The notes: generated from the sequence alone by a model not told the origin. A stretch of 64,000 bases of DNA from an uncultured Candidatus Saccharibacteria bacterium (GCA_964520295.1 CAZFMQ010000002.1:50379-114378); one strand, 5' to 3'; shown: positions 50,529-59,950, counted from the first letter of the stretch. A program made the numbers and translations.

Positions 50529-50853
50529 CCTATTTCCCCTTTCCAAAAAACAAAAAAGATAACCGTTCATTCGGTTATCTACTATTAACTACAGTATCAG
50601 ATTTATTACTATTTGTCAAGTATACCCTTTTCTTGATTGTCTCTTCTCTGTGCCCCGATACCTTGTTCCCTGCTCCCCATTCCCCTATAAACGTGTAAAT
50701 GCCCACACTTGCGTGTGGACATTTACAAGACCTAGTATACCCACCTATGGAAACAATGCAATAGAGTTATCCACAATATTATAATAGGACACATTTTTAT
50801 TCTTTTGTAAAATATCTTGAAACTTTTTCTGTTTTACACGCTATACTATATGT

Positions 50854-52056
50854 ATGAATACACTACTAAAAAAAGTATGCGTGGGTCTATGTGCCCTTGC
50901 GCTCTGTGCCATTGCACTACCTACCTTTGCTCAAAAGAAAGATCTCACAGCCGATCTTGAAATATCGGGTTGGATTCCCTATTGGACCCCGACCACAGGA
51001 ACATCCGATGCCCGTAAAAATCTGGATACATTCAGCGTCCTCTTCCCCTTCACGTATTCTGTAAAGAGCGATGGAACTCTTCTTGAAAACGCCGACCTCA
51101 AGAAAAACCCGTGGAAGCGTCTTATTACTGCCGCAAAGAAAAAAGATGTGTTGATTATTCCAACCGTCATGTGGAGCAATACATCAGCAATGCATACCGT
51201 GCTCTCCATACCGCAGATGCGAGAGCAACATATTGATGAAATTGTGAAGATGGTGAAAAAAGGAAAATTTGATGGAGTTGATATTGACTACGAAGGCAAG
51301 TCAGCAGACACATATGCTGCATACGCCACCTTCCTCAAAGAACTCAAAGAAGAGCTCGGCAAAAAACTCATACTCTCATGCACCATTGAAGCGCGTACGC
51401 CACCTGAAAAACTCTACCGTACGATGCCCGCTGATCTGCGCTACGCAAACGACTTCACGGCAATTGCTCAGCACTGTGATCGCGTCAACATCATGACGTA
51501 CGATCAGCAACGCGCCGTATATGCACTCAACGAAACATACACAGGCACACCATACGTACCTATCGCCGATACAGCGTGGGTTCGCGACGTCATTGAACTG
51601 ACCCTCAAAACTATTCCGAAAGAAAAACTCTCACTCGGCATCGCCACCTACGGTCATGAATACGAAGTAGTCGTCTACCCAAACGGCTACATGGAATACG
51701 GGCGCACAGGTGCATTCAATCCTTCATACGGTATCAAAACAGCCAAAAGCAATCGGGTAACGCCTGAGCGCAATATCGCAGGGGAACTCTTTTTCTCATT
51801 CCATGTAAACGATCATGCACCACAGGCAAGAACTGCAGTGTCATACGGCGCATCTGACGCCAATCGTGCATTCGCCCAAAGCAGTGCCTACACACGTGCT
51901 ACGCAAATCCCGTCCGTCTTTTACTACGCAACGTGGAGTGATGCAGAAGCAATTGAGGAAAAAATAGAGCTCGCACGCGAATACGACCTTCGTGGTGTTG
52001 CCATCTTCAAAATAGACGGCAATGAAGACAAGGCACTCTGGAAATTACTCAAGTAA
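50854..52056 (+). CDS. Secreted glycoside hydrolase family 18
   Basis: Signal peptide; FDGVDIDYE (DxDxE), IMTYD, LGIATYG, LRGVAIF. Confidence 0.9.
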   Translation: MNTLLKKVCVGLCALALCAIALPTFAQKKDLTADLEISGWIPYWTPTTGTSDARKNLDTFSVLFPFTYSVKSDGTLLENADLKKNPWKRLITAAKKKDVLIIPTVMWSNTSAMHTVLSIPQMREQHIDEIVKMVKKGKFDGVDIDYEGKSADTYAAYATFLKELKEELGKKLILSCTIEARTPPEKLYRTMPADLRYANDFTAIAQHCDRVNIMTYDQQRAVYALNETYTGTPYVPIADTAWVRDVIELTLKTIPKEKLSLGIATYGHEYEVVVYPNGYMEYGRTGAFNPSYGIKTAKSNRVTPERNIAGELFFSFHVNDHAPQARTAVSYGASDANRAFAQSSAYTRATQIPSVFYYATWSDAEAIEEKIELAREYDLRGVAIFKIDGNEDKALWKLLK

Positions 52057-52098
52057 TTACCTAAGCCTTTTCGCACGTATCTGCTATACTCTATCTCT

Positions 52099-52557
52099 GT
52101 GACTGCACCGCTTCCGAAAAAATACAGAAATATCAAACGCTCATTACGCGTTGGACGCTCCCGCACTGGTTTGGGTTTATTTACAGATGCACCGATAGAG
52201 CACAAAGCATTTATCATTGAATACACAGGGTCATTGCTCAATCGTGTAGAAGCAGACAAGCGCGGTGGCAAATACCTCTTTGAGACAAATCGCAATCGTT
52301 TTATAGACGGCAGTGCGCGCTCAAACATCGCCCGCTACATCAACCACTCGTGTGTGCCCAACTGCGAAGTAGAGATTTTCCGCGGACGCATTTATGTGTT
52401 CTCCCTCAAAAATATCCCGTCGGGCGCTGAACTCACATATGATTACCAAAAGGAGTATTTTGATGAGTACATCAAGCCGCACGGTTGTAAGTGTCCTGCT
52501 CCTGTCCACCGCTACGGCGACAAAAAGAACGCAAAATCAAAAAAGAAATCCTCATAA
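52099..52557 (+). CDS. SET-domain protein-lysine methyltransferase
   Basis: GLGLF, IEYTG, ARYINHSCVPNC, ELTYDY, post-SET CKC. Confidence 0.92.
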   Translation: MTAPLPKKYRNIKRSLRVGRSRTGLGLFTDAPIEHKAFIIEYTGSLLNRVEADKRGGKYLFETNRNRFIDGSARSNIARYINHSCVPNCEVEIFRGRIYVFSLKNIPSGAELTYDYQKEYFDEYIKPHGCKCPAPVHRYGDKKNAKSKKKSS

Positions 52558-52591
52558 AGAGGATTTCTTTTTTGCGTGATACCATGCGGGC

Positions 52592-53488
52592 ATGGAACAT
52601 ATTGCAGGACTGCGCACTGGTGTAACGCTCGCACCCTATAGCACCTACGCTATCGGTGGCCCGGCGGATTATTTTGTAGCCGCACAATCCAAACAGCACC
52701 TGCGTGATGCAATCGCGGCGGCACAAAAAGTCGGTATGCCATTTTTCATACTCGGCTGCGGTGCCAATGTGCTTTTTGGTGATAAAGGATTCCGTGGCAT
52801 GGTCATAAAAAATGAAGCACGAGCATACCGATTTGAAGACACCACACTGATTGCAGAAAGCGGCGCAACTATTGAAGAACTCATACACGCTAGCGCTGAG
52901 CGTAATCTCTCTGGTATGGAGCATTTTGCCGGCATTCCAAGCACGGTAGGCGGAGCACTATGGCAAAATCTGCACTTCCTATCCCCTGACCGAACGCGCA
53001 CCGTTTTTATTGCAGAAATCTTTGAACGTGCAGAGATAGTGGACACGAACGGAAATATACATACTCTGGACGCGCGCGATTTTGAATTTGGATACGATCA
53101 CAGCATTTTACACACACAAACGCTCATCGTCCTTGAAGCGCGTTTTGTACTGCACATAAAACCAAAAAACGAGATACTAGCGCAAGCAGCGGCGAATCTC
53201 GCATGGCGCGCAGAAAAACAACCGGACATCGCAACATATCCTTCCTGTGGTTCGGTGTTCAAAAAGATAGACGGCATCGGCGCTGGGCGCCTCATTGATC
53301 AAGTCGGGCTCAAAGGCGCGCGCATCGGTGGCATCGCCGTGTCAGAAAAACACGCAAACTTTCTGGTGAATATGGGCGGCGGCACCGCATCGGACGTGCG
53401 CGCGCTGATTGCACACATTCAAGAGCGCGTGCGTGCAGAGACAGGGCACCTGCTGGAGCCCGAAATCAGCTTTATAGGAGAGTTTTGA
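52592..53488 (+). CDS. murB: UDP-N-acetylenolpyruvoylglucosamine reductase
   Basis: IGGPAD, GCGANVL, GIPSTVGGA, SCGSVFK, KHANF, LEPE. Confidence 0.95.
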   Translation: MEHIAGLRTGVTLAPYSTYAIGGPADYFVAAQSKQHLRDAIAAAQKVGMPFFILGCGANVLFGDKGFRGMVIKNEARAYRFEDTTLIAESGATIEELIHASAERNLSGMEHFAGIPSTVGGALWQNLHFLSPDRTRTVFIAEIFERAEIVDTNGNIHTLDARDFEFGYDHSILHTQTLIVLEARFVLHIKPKNEILAQAAANLAWRAEKQPDIATYPSCGSVFKKIDGIGAGRLIDQVGLKGARIGGIAVSEKHANFLVNMGGGTASDVRALIAHIQERVRAETGHLLEPEISFIGEF

Positions 53489-53499
53489 AAATCAACGCC

Positions 53500-53916
53500 T
53501 TATCTCCTGCGTAACGAGAGGAGCGCTAATACAAATATATAGATCAGGTGATCATCTACAATTGGATTGTTTGTTGGCAACAGCAGCGCAAGATACATGA
53601 GCGCAAGCATAACAATACCCACGAGTGCTCCCCATCGCACATACCTATTGAATAGCAATGTGCAACCCACAAAGAGCAAACCGAGCATAAATAACCAATC
53701 GATAAACATCACGCCTGACAAACTGTTAAATATTTCAGCAAACGGACCTCGCACTGCATTTGCCAAAAACCCCGCCGTGGGTGATCCACCATTAATCCAC
53801 GCTTTTTCAGCCACAGTTGCAAAACCCAAACCAAATGTTTTATCTAAAAACGCCCACAAAAAGGTAAAACCCATCATGAGACGCAAACCACCAAGAATAT
53901 ATTTTTCTTTAAGCAT
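53500..53916 (-). CDS. DoxX/DoxD-like membrane protein
   Basis: LRLMMG..FLWAFLDK.FG, GGSPT.GFL, multiple TMs. Confidence 0.8.
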   Translation of the reverse strand: MLKEKYILGGLRLMMGFTFLWAFLDKTFGLGFATVAEKAWINGGSPTAGFLANAVRGPFAEIFNSLSGVMFIDWLFMLGLLFVGCTLLFNRYVRWGALVGIVMLALMYLALLLPTNNPIVDDHLIYIFVLALLSLRRR

Positions 53917-53999
53917 ACAAATCTGTAACTAGTAAATGTTTTTTATTTTTCACCACAATAAGTATAGCAAAACAGCTCGAGAACAAATACAATATCTCT

Positions 54000-54248
54000 A
54001 TGGCAAAAAGAATTTCTCAAGGCGTTGTGCATATGCTCCCCGCAGATGTACGGAATGTACTTGCATCAACACCCGCAATGTTGAAGGTATGGGAAGATAT
54101 TACTCCATTGGCACGTAATGAGTGGATTTGTTGGATTACATCCGCCAAACAAGCAGAAACACGAGCACGCAGATTATGCATCGCTCGCGAAAATCTTCAA
54201 AAAGGCAAACGCCGCCCGTGCTGTTGGGCGGGCTGTATGCACCGATAA
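54000..54248 (+). CDS. YdeI/OmpD-associated family small protein
   Basis: LPAD....W..ITPLARNEWICWITSAKQAETRARR, RRPCCW.GC. Confidence 0.8.
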   Translation: MAKRISQGVVHMLPADVRNVLASTPAMLKVWEDITPLARNEWICWITSAKQAETRARRLCIARENLQKGKRRPCCWAGCMHR

Positions 54249-54263
54249 AACCCTTGTTGGCAC

Positions 54264-54344
54264 TTACAAATGCGTTTCCAAAAACTCTAACGTCTCCTCC
54301 CATGCATCTCGCGTTTCATTAGGTGCATAGTTTGGACCTCTTGG
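54264..54344 (-). pseudogene. 3' remnant of a dienelactone-hydrolase-family gene
   Basis: Manual translation PRGPNYAPNETRDAWEETLEFLETHL*, resembling the DLH C-terminal helix; in-frame stop just upstream and no start. Confidence 0.6.
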
Positions 54345-54424
54345 ACGAAGTTAGAACCCTTTTACTACAAGGAGAAAGTGAGTTTTACTATCGCTGTCCA
54401 TCGTTTGCTATGCCAATATAAAAA

Positions 54425-54760
54425 CTATTTTTGTAGTTTCTTTGTGATACGACCTTCTTTTATTTCATAACCTTCGGAAATAAGACGATTATGTATTCCA
54501 CGAAGAACATCTCCAAGCTCTGAAATTGCTTTGATGCTTTCATCTGTAAGTGCTGGCTTTTTCACCCCACCTTGTTCATCACTATTTATTTTCTTGTAGA
54601 GATGTGGGTTTTGTTTCTTATCCTGCTTGAGTAGCCAATCAAAAGCTCCGAGTAAATTGTGAGTAGCTTCCCACGCTTCACTATCAGAATACTCAACTCC
54701 ATACTGTTCTTTGAACATCTTTTTGAAACTGGCGACAGTTTCGGGAGAAATATGGACCAT
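54425..54760 (-). CDS. Hypothetical protein of the island
   Basis: 111-aa ORF co-oriented with and adjacent to the res operon. Confidence 0.7.
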   Translation of the reverse strand: MVHISPETVASFKKMFKEQYGVEYSDSEAWEATHNLLGAFDWLLKQDKKQNPHLYKKINSDEQGGVKKPALTDESIKAISELGDVLRGIHNRLISEGYEIKEGRITKKLQK

Positions 54761-54766
54761 TACTTT

Positions 54767-55162
54767 CTATATATTTTTATCAAGAAACTTTTTGAGAGCG
54801 ACCAAATCTTTTTTATCTTTGTCGTAATGATATGAGACAATCCCAACTGATTGAGCAGATTTTACAGCATCGGGATTATGCTCAAAATACACAACATCAT
54901 TTACACTCCAACCATTTTGCTCAAGTAGAGTTTTGAAATAGAGAGGTTCTGGTTTATCTGGATTATGCTTCATTGTAAAAACAGAATACGGGATAGAGTT
55001 CAGACCGAACTGGACCATTTGTTCATCATTTGCATTTGTGAGTATAAGTTTTGGGTTCGGATATGTCTCAAGAAGGTCAAAGAGTTCTTTGTATTGCACA
55101 TATTCTCCAGCTCCATTTTTTATTATTGCTGTATTTACAGCATCAACAAGTATAGTTTTCAT
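54767..55162 (-). CDS. HAD-like hydrolase (short)
   Basis: ILVDAVNT, LTNA, KPEP.YF, VYFEH...AVKSAQSVGI. Confidence 0.7.
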   Translation of the reverse strand: MKTILVDAVNTAIIKNGAGEYVQYKELFDLLETYPNPKLILTNANDEQMVQFGLNSIPYSVFTMKHNPDKPEPLYFKTLLEQNGWSVNDVVYFEHNPDAVKSAQSVGIVSYHYDKDKKDLVALKKFLDKNI

Positions 55163-55163
55163 A

Positions 55164-57707
55164 TTATTTCTTTTTCAATTCTTCAAGCAACTTCAACTGC
55201 TCACGCTGGAGTGAAGCATCAAAGATGATGTGATACTCAAAGTTCTTATTTACACTCTGGAACTCATTGAACCCAATCTCTTTTGCCAAAATCTCGTTTG
55301 TAAGATTTTCAATCTTACCTTTGTATGACTGCTTGTTTGTTTCGTAGTCAGTTTTTTCATCACTTCCTTTTGCTTCCACTACAATAAAGCGTTTTGTTGT
55401 CTCAATGAGAAAATCTGGAAAGTATCGTGCCACTCTCTTTTGCTCTGGGCTCCAGTATTCAAAATAGAAGTCAGTCCTGCTCGGGTCCGCACACACACGG
55501 GCTCCAGTAAAGTAAACATCTTTGATTGTCTCGTCTTTATCAAGCACATCTCGGAGGTATCGGAACAAATCTTTTTCATCACCGCTATCAAACGCATACG
55601 GATTGATATGGAAGCCAAGACGACCCTTTCGCCCTTCTTCTGCTTCGGCTTCTTTGTATACCACAAGCGTATTCCTGCCTTGCTGGACACTGATTTTGAA
55701 CGGAAAGAGTTTTGTGAGCTCAATTTCTTCTTCAATAATATCCGTCTTTTCTTCATACTTGTATGCACTGCGGAGGATTTCTTGTATCACGAAAGGCACG
55801 AGAGCAAAGTTCTCGTTTACCATTTCAACAAAAGCATCTCGCTTCTTACCGCTTCCAGTGATAATGCTTTCAATAGTGAGACAAGGGAGATGTGTATAGC
55901 GATTGATGATTTCTGCTATCTCATAGAAAGTGAAATCACTTTTGTCTTCAAGTTTTCGGACTGCACGAGCTTCTTTGTATACAGCTTCGCCGTCTTCTCC
56001 GAGAGCGATGCTTCCTTCACTCACAAATGATTGATACTGCTCTGGCTTCCATTTCTTCCAATCAATCTTGATACTCTCTGCGTTTGCTTCTTGCACCGCT
56101 AAAATCTCTTTGAGAACTTTCTTTACTTTGATTGTCTTTCGCTTCTCAACTTCAAGCGTATGCTCAACCATCTTTTGGTCCTGTGCGTTCAATTCACTGA
56201 TGCTTGATGAGAAGTTATTGCGAAGCTCTTTGTCCAAGATAGTAGCTGTTTCTTTTGAGAGAAAGATACTTGCCCGAGTAGAATTGTCGCCGATAGAACG
56301 AAGACATCGTGTTGTAGATTGAAGCACGAGAATAGTGCTTTTCGGCTTCTTGTAGAGTGCCACAGAGACAAGTGAGCGACAGTTCCATCCTTCTGTGCCT
56401 TTGCCCACCAAGAGCACAAAACGCTTCTTACTGTCTGCGGTATCAAGAGCTTTGAACTCATCAGCATTGTCTTCGGCTTCTGTGTGATATTCCAAGATTG
56501 TATCAAGTGAGATATTTTTCTCGGCTAAAATACGCTCAAGTTTTGGCTTCAAATCATTTTGCAAATCAGCAATGCTTGATGCGTAAAAAGCAATTTTTGG
56601 CAATCGTCCTTCAAGCCGTCTTGTGCCATATTCAGAGATGAAAACATCCACCACTTCTTCAATGAACTTCTGGGACCGCACGACACCATAGTCAAAAATC
56701 TTCACCTTCTTGAGTATTCCTTTTTCAATACCTTGCTTCAATCCAAAGTGATACACCACATCGGCAATCATCTTGTTGTTTACATAGGGCGTTCCAGTGA
56801 GGTTCACCACAGAGATGAGTGGAGTGTGCTTGTGAAGATAATCAATCGTCTGGCGTGTTTTCTTCAAATCTCCTTCAAGGTTTTTGCCGTATGAGTGATG
56901 AGCTTCGTCCACGAATATTTGGAGCGAGCCGAGCTGTCGGATTGCTTGCAAACGCATATTCTCAATCTCTCTTTTCTCAAGCTCGTTTTTATCTCCAAAC
57001 AATCGCTTGGTAGCATTGTCGCCATTACTGCTTCGTGTCTTCAAGATAATCTTCTGCGAGTTTGAAACGATAACATTGTAATTGCCAACTGGAGCAAGTG
57101 CGGTATCAGTGCTTTCAAGATAGTGATACTTTATATTCAAAATAATGTTTTCATACTCTTTTGGGAGGACCCGAGAATAGTCAAAGGTTTTGATTTCTTT
57201 TAAGCTCTCAATGATTGTGGTATCGGGAGCAAATACAAGAGCGTTTTTTGCGAAGCGTTCATCGTCTTTGTGATAATACGAAAGCACAAAATCATAGAGC
57301 ATCATTACCGCCATCAAAATTGTTTTACCCGAACCCATCGTCAGTGCATACACTTGGTTTGCATAGTCAGAGGTCCCGAACTTTTCATCAAGGATGACTT
57401 GTATCTTTTCTTCCTTCTTTACATCTCGCATCAACGCAAGCGTTTCTTTATCAGTAAGCCCGAGCCCTTGCATAAAATCAATCTCGTTCTCAAAAGAGTT
57501 TTTGAAAATCTCAACCGATGGCTTGTTGCCGATAACTTCTTTCAAGAAAATGTATGTCTCAAGAGCTTCAATCTGTGGTCCGTGCAAAAAAGACACTCGC
57601 TTGATATGAGTGAGTATATTTTCTGTCTCTTTGTGGACCCCTTTGTATCCATCAGCACGCCATTTCTCAACGAGCTTTTGGATATTTTGTAGAAATAAAC
57701 TGTCCAT
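55164..57707 (-). CDS. res: Type III restriction endonuclease Res subunit
   Basis: MGSGKT, VDEAHH, TGTP, EGWN, C-terminal YFPDF...VEAKG nuclease; directly downstream of mod. Confidence 0.88.
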   Translation of the reverse strand: MDSLFLQNIQKLVEKWRADGYKGVHKETENILTHIKRVSFLHGPQIEALETYIFLKEVIGNKPSVEIFKNSFENEIDFMQGLGLTDKETLALMRDVKKEEKIQVILDEKFGTSDYANQVYALTMGSGKTILMAVMMLYDFVLSYYHKDDERFAKNALVFAPDTTIIESLKEIKTFDYSRVLPKEYENIILNIKYHYLESTDTALAPVGNYNVIVSNSQKIILKTRSSNGDNATKRLFGDKNELEKREIENMRLQAIRQLGSLQIFVDEAHHSYGKNLEGDLKKTRQTIDYLHKHTPLISVVNLTGTPYVNNKMIADVVYHFGLKQGIEKGILKKVKIFDYGVVRSQKFIEEVVDVFISEYGTRRLEGRLPKIAFYASSIADLQNDLKPKLERILAEKNISLDTILEYHTEAEDNADEFKALDTADSKKRFVLLVGKGTEGWNCRSLVSVALYKKPKSTILVLQSTTRCLRSIGDNSTRASIFLSKETATILDKELRNNFSSSISELNAQDQKMVEHTLEVEKRKTIKVKKVLKEILAVQEANAESIKIDWKKWKPEQYQSFVSEGSIALGEDGEAVYKEARAVRKLEDKSDFTFYEIAEIINRYTHLPCLTIESIITGSGKKRDAFVEMVNENFALVPFVIQEILRSAYKYEEKTDIIEEEIELTKLFPFKISVQQGRNTLVVYKEAEAEEGRKGRLGFHINPYAFDSGDEKDLFRYLRDVLDKDETIKDVYFTGARVCADPSRTDFYFEYWSPEQKRVARYFPDFLIETTKRFIVVEAKGSDEKTDYETNKQSYKGKIENLTNEILAKEIGFNEFQSVNKNFEYHIIFDASLQREQLKLLEELKKK

Positions 57708-57711
57708 AGTT

Positions 57712-59475
57712 TTATGCGTTTACTTCAAAGGTTTCAAAGTATTCTTCGCCGAGCACATCCACGACCTTGATGGCGACAGTATATTTGCCTTTCTTTGGAT
57801 ACTCCCACGAATACTTTGCCTTGATAACCTCTTTCTTATCTGGCAAGTCCATCACTTCGGCATTGAACAGCTTGCCGTTGTAATCAACATCAATCGCTAC
57901 GCTATCAATAATCTGTTTGAAATCTTCAACCTTTGCTTTGTGGTCCTTCTTCAACACCTTTTCATTTTCAATCTCCAGCTTCCGCATCAGTATCGGAGAA
58001 TAGAAATCTTTGAGCTCCACAGAGAGTTTCTTGTCTTTTGCTTTCACATCAATCTTCGCTTCTGGTTTCTTCTTGAAGATGAGATTTTTCTTGTCAGTCA
58101 AAATGTCTCGGACCTCTATCTTAACACCCGTCTTGTTTTCTTTCTTGATAAAATCAAGCACATCAAGCTCCATACCAGAGCAGATGACAAGCACGCCTTC
58201 TTCATACACTGGCTCGCCAGCTTTTGATTTTGTCTTCACTGTAAAGCCGTCTTTTTTATCATCCACATTTTTGATGAGTGTGCGAATATCCATCTTGTTG
58301 AGCACTCTGTTCATCGGCATCACTTTCACAAAGTTTTTATCAAGCACACCATCAAAGTATGTTCGCTTTACTGGCTCTACTCCATACATCTCCATTACGA
58401 TTTCTTTTGCTTCAATCTCGTTCTTGAAGACATCATAATCGTTCACATTGAGCACTTTGAAACCGAGAGAACCTTTGAAGCCCTTTGTTTTTTCTTTTTG
58501 CTGGTCCGAAACTATCTGATTGAGATACTTTGCTGTTGTCTGTATTGAGCCGAGATTTATATCGCATCCAATCCATTTTCGCCCCAGTTTTTGTGCAACT
58601 CCACAAGTAGTCCCAGAGCCAACAAAAAAGTCAGCGACAACATCTCCTTCATTTGATGATGCCTTGATTATTCTCGCAAGCAGATTTTCATTTTTTTGCG
58701 TAGGATAGTTTCTCTTTTCACCACTAAAACTCATAATCTGGATACTATCCATACTATCCAATTCATTACAGTTCCAAGTATCTTCAATGGGGTATCCTTC
58801 TCCTTCTGGTTTTGCTCCATCTCTGCGTTTGTAATCCGCTGGGTATTTTATGTATTCCTTATTGAAAGTATGATGTTCTTTGTTTTTTGAGTAGTAGAAA
58901 ATTACATCGTGATTTCGTATCCAGTTTTTTGCAACTGATTTATAGCCAGAAATCCAACCTATACGCCAGATTATCTCTCGCTGGAAGTTTTCAACTCCAA
59001 ATACTTCATCAAGTATTATTTTTATATAGTGAGAGCGTTTCTCGTCCATATGGACATAAATACTTCCAGTTTCAGACAAGAGCTCTCTCATCAATACCAA
59101 TCTTTCGTATATAAATTGTAAATACTCATCTCTCTCCCAAATATCCGTATATTGTTTTTCTTCAAAAAGTCCTTGTCCAACTCCTTCAACTTGCTCACCT
59201 CGTATTTTTACTTTGCGAACATAATCCGCCTTACTATCAAACGGAGGGTCAATGTATATCAAATCAATCTTGCCACGATATTGTTTCAATAGATGTGAAA
59301 GGACCTGCAAGTTATCGCCCCAAAATAGTTTATTGAAATCTTTTGCTTCCTTGTCTCCATACACTTCTGTCTCTTGTGCTGGATAAAATTGAACACTCTC
59401 AAGAGGTTTTTTACCAACCCATTGTAGAAGTGGACGACCTTTTGCTTGTTCTACTTTTTGATAATCATTTTTCAT
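57712..59475 (-). CDS. mod: Type III R-M DNA methyltransferase Mod subunit (beta class)
   Basis: GDNL, IYIDPPF (motif IV) before DFFVGSGTT (motif I), YPTQK. Confidence 0.92.
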   Translation of the reverse strand: MKNDYQKVEQAKGRPLLQWVGKKPLESVQFYPAQETEVYGDKEAKDFNKLFWGDNLQVLSHLLKQYRGKIDLIYIDPPFDSKADYVRKVKIRGEQVEGVGQGLFEEKQYTDIWERDEYLQFIYERLVLMRELLSETGSIYVHMDEKRSHYIKIILDEVFGVENFQREIIWRIGWISGYKSVAKNWIRNHDVIFYYSKNKEHHTFNKEYIKYPADYKRRDGAKPEGEGYPIEDTWNCNELDSMDSIQIMSFSGEKRNYPTQKNENLLARIIKASSNEGDVVADFFVGSGTTCGVAQKLGRKWIGCDINLGSIQTTAKYLNQIVSDQQKEKTKGFKGSLGFKVLNVNDYDVFKNEIEAKEIVMEMYGVEPVKRTYFDGVLDKNFVKVMPMNRVLNKMDIRTLIKNVDDKKDGFTVKTKSKAGEPVYEEGVLVICSGMELDVLDFIKKENKTGVKIEVRDILTDKKNLIFKKKPEAKIDVKAKDKKLSVELKDFYSPILMRKLEIENEKVLKKDHKAKVEDFKQIIDSVAIDVDYNGKLFNAEVMDLPDKKEVIKAKYSWEYPKKGKYTVAIKVVDVLGEEYFETFEVNA

Positions 59476-59503
59476 AGTAATTGTAATCTTGGTTAGGGTG
59501 TCC

Positions 59504-59713
59504 TTATGAATGGGACTTCAGATAATTGATAATGTCTTCCTTTCGGTATCTTCGCACTCGTTTCGCACCGATGCGGATGGCTGGAAGTGTGCCATTGTTA
59601 TCCCACTGGCGGAGCGTGTTCGGATGGACCTTCAGCAAATCACACGCTTCTTGCAGTGTCAGAAGTTCTGGAACTTCCTCCTGTTCTTGCTTTTTATCGC
59701 TGTTATTTATCAT
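59504..59713 (-). CDS. Excisionase/MerR-like helix-turn-helix protein
   Basis: LLTLQEACDLLKVHPNTLRQWD..G.L.AIRIG...RRY. Confidence 0.85.
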   Translation of the reverse strand: MINNSDKKQEQEEVPELLTLQEACDLLKVHPNTLRQWDNNGTLPAIRIGAKRVRRYRKEDIINYLKSHS

Positions 59714-59812
59714 AAAAATTGATTGATTTTCTACTTACCTTTTGATACCATTATCTTACAGTATTTTGCCTTTTGAAGCAAAATTGCCCTGTAGATAAAC
59801 ATTACTATTACT

Positions 59813-59950
59813 ATGAAACTGGGAGTAAAAATCAAAGAAAGAATAGCAAGAACGATTGCCGAACACTTTACTACAAATGAGATAGTAAATGTTTTTACAG
59901 ATGCAAACATCACTACAGACAAATCTCTTTATGCAAAATGGCGAGAATAA
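59813..59950 (+). pseudogene. Probable truncated N-terminal gene fragment (45 aa)
   Basis: MKLGVKIKERIARTIAEHFTTNEIVNVFTDANITTDKSLYAKWRE*; divergent from the HTH gene and ends abruptly. Confidence 0.4.

Larger units (their letters stand above)
54332..59950. mobile_element. Degenerate AT-rich integrated element carrying type III R-M
   Basis: Composition shift, interrupted host gene at left edge, R-M cargo, excisionase-like HTH, truncated ORF at right; no intact integrase seen. Confidence 0.65.

Noticed and set aside
3118-50619. Dispersed units as integron cassettes or IS elements
   Set aside because: No attC-type RYYYAAC/GTTRRRY ends, terminal inverted repeats, target duplications, integrase or transposase seen; the units carry their own promoters
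29570-50775. Replication origin from DnaA boxes at 29570 and 50767
   Set aside because: Isolated single boxes, no cluster, and no dnaA/dnaN nearby
57712-59475. Phase-variable mod (phasevarion)
   Set aside because: No simple sequence repeat tract seen in the coding region
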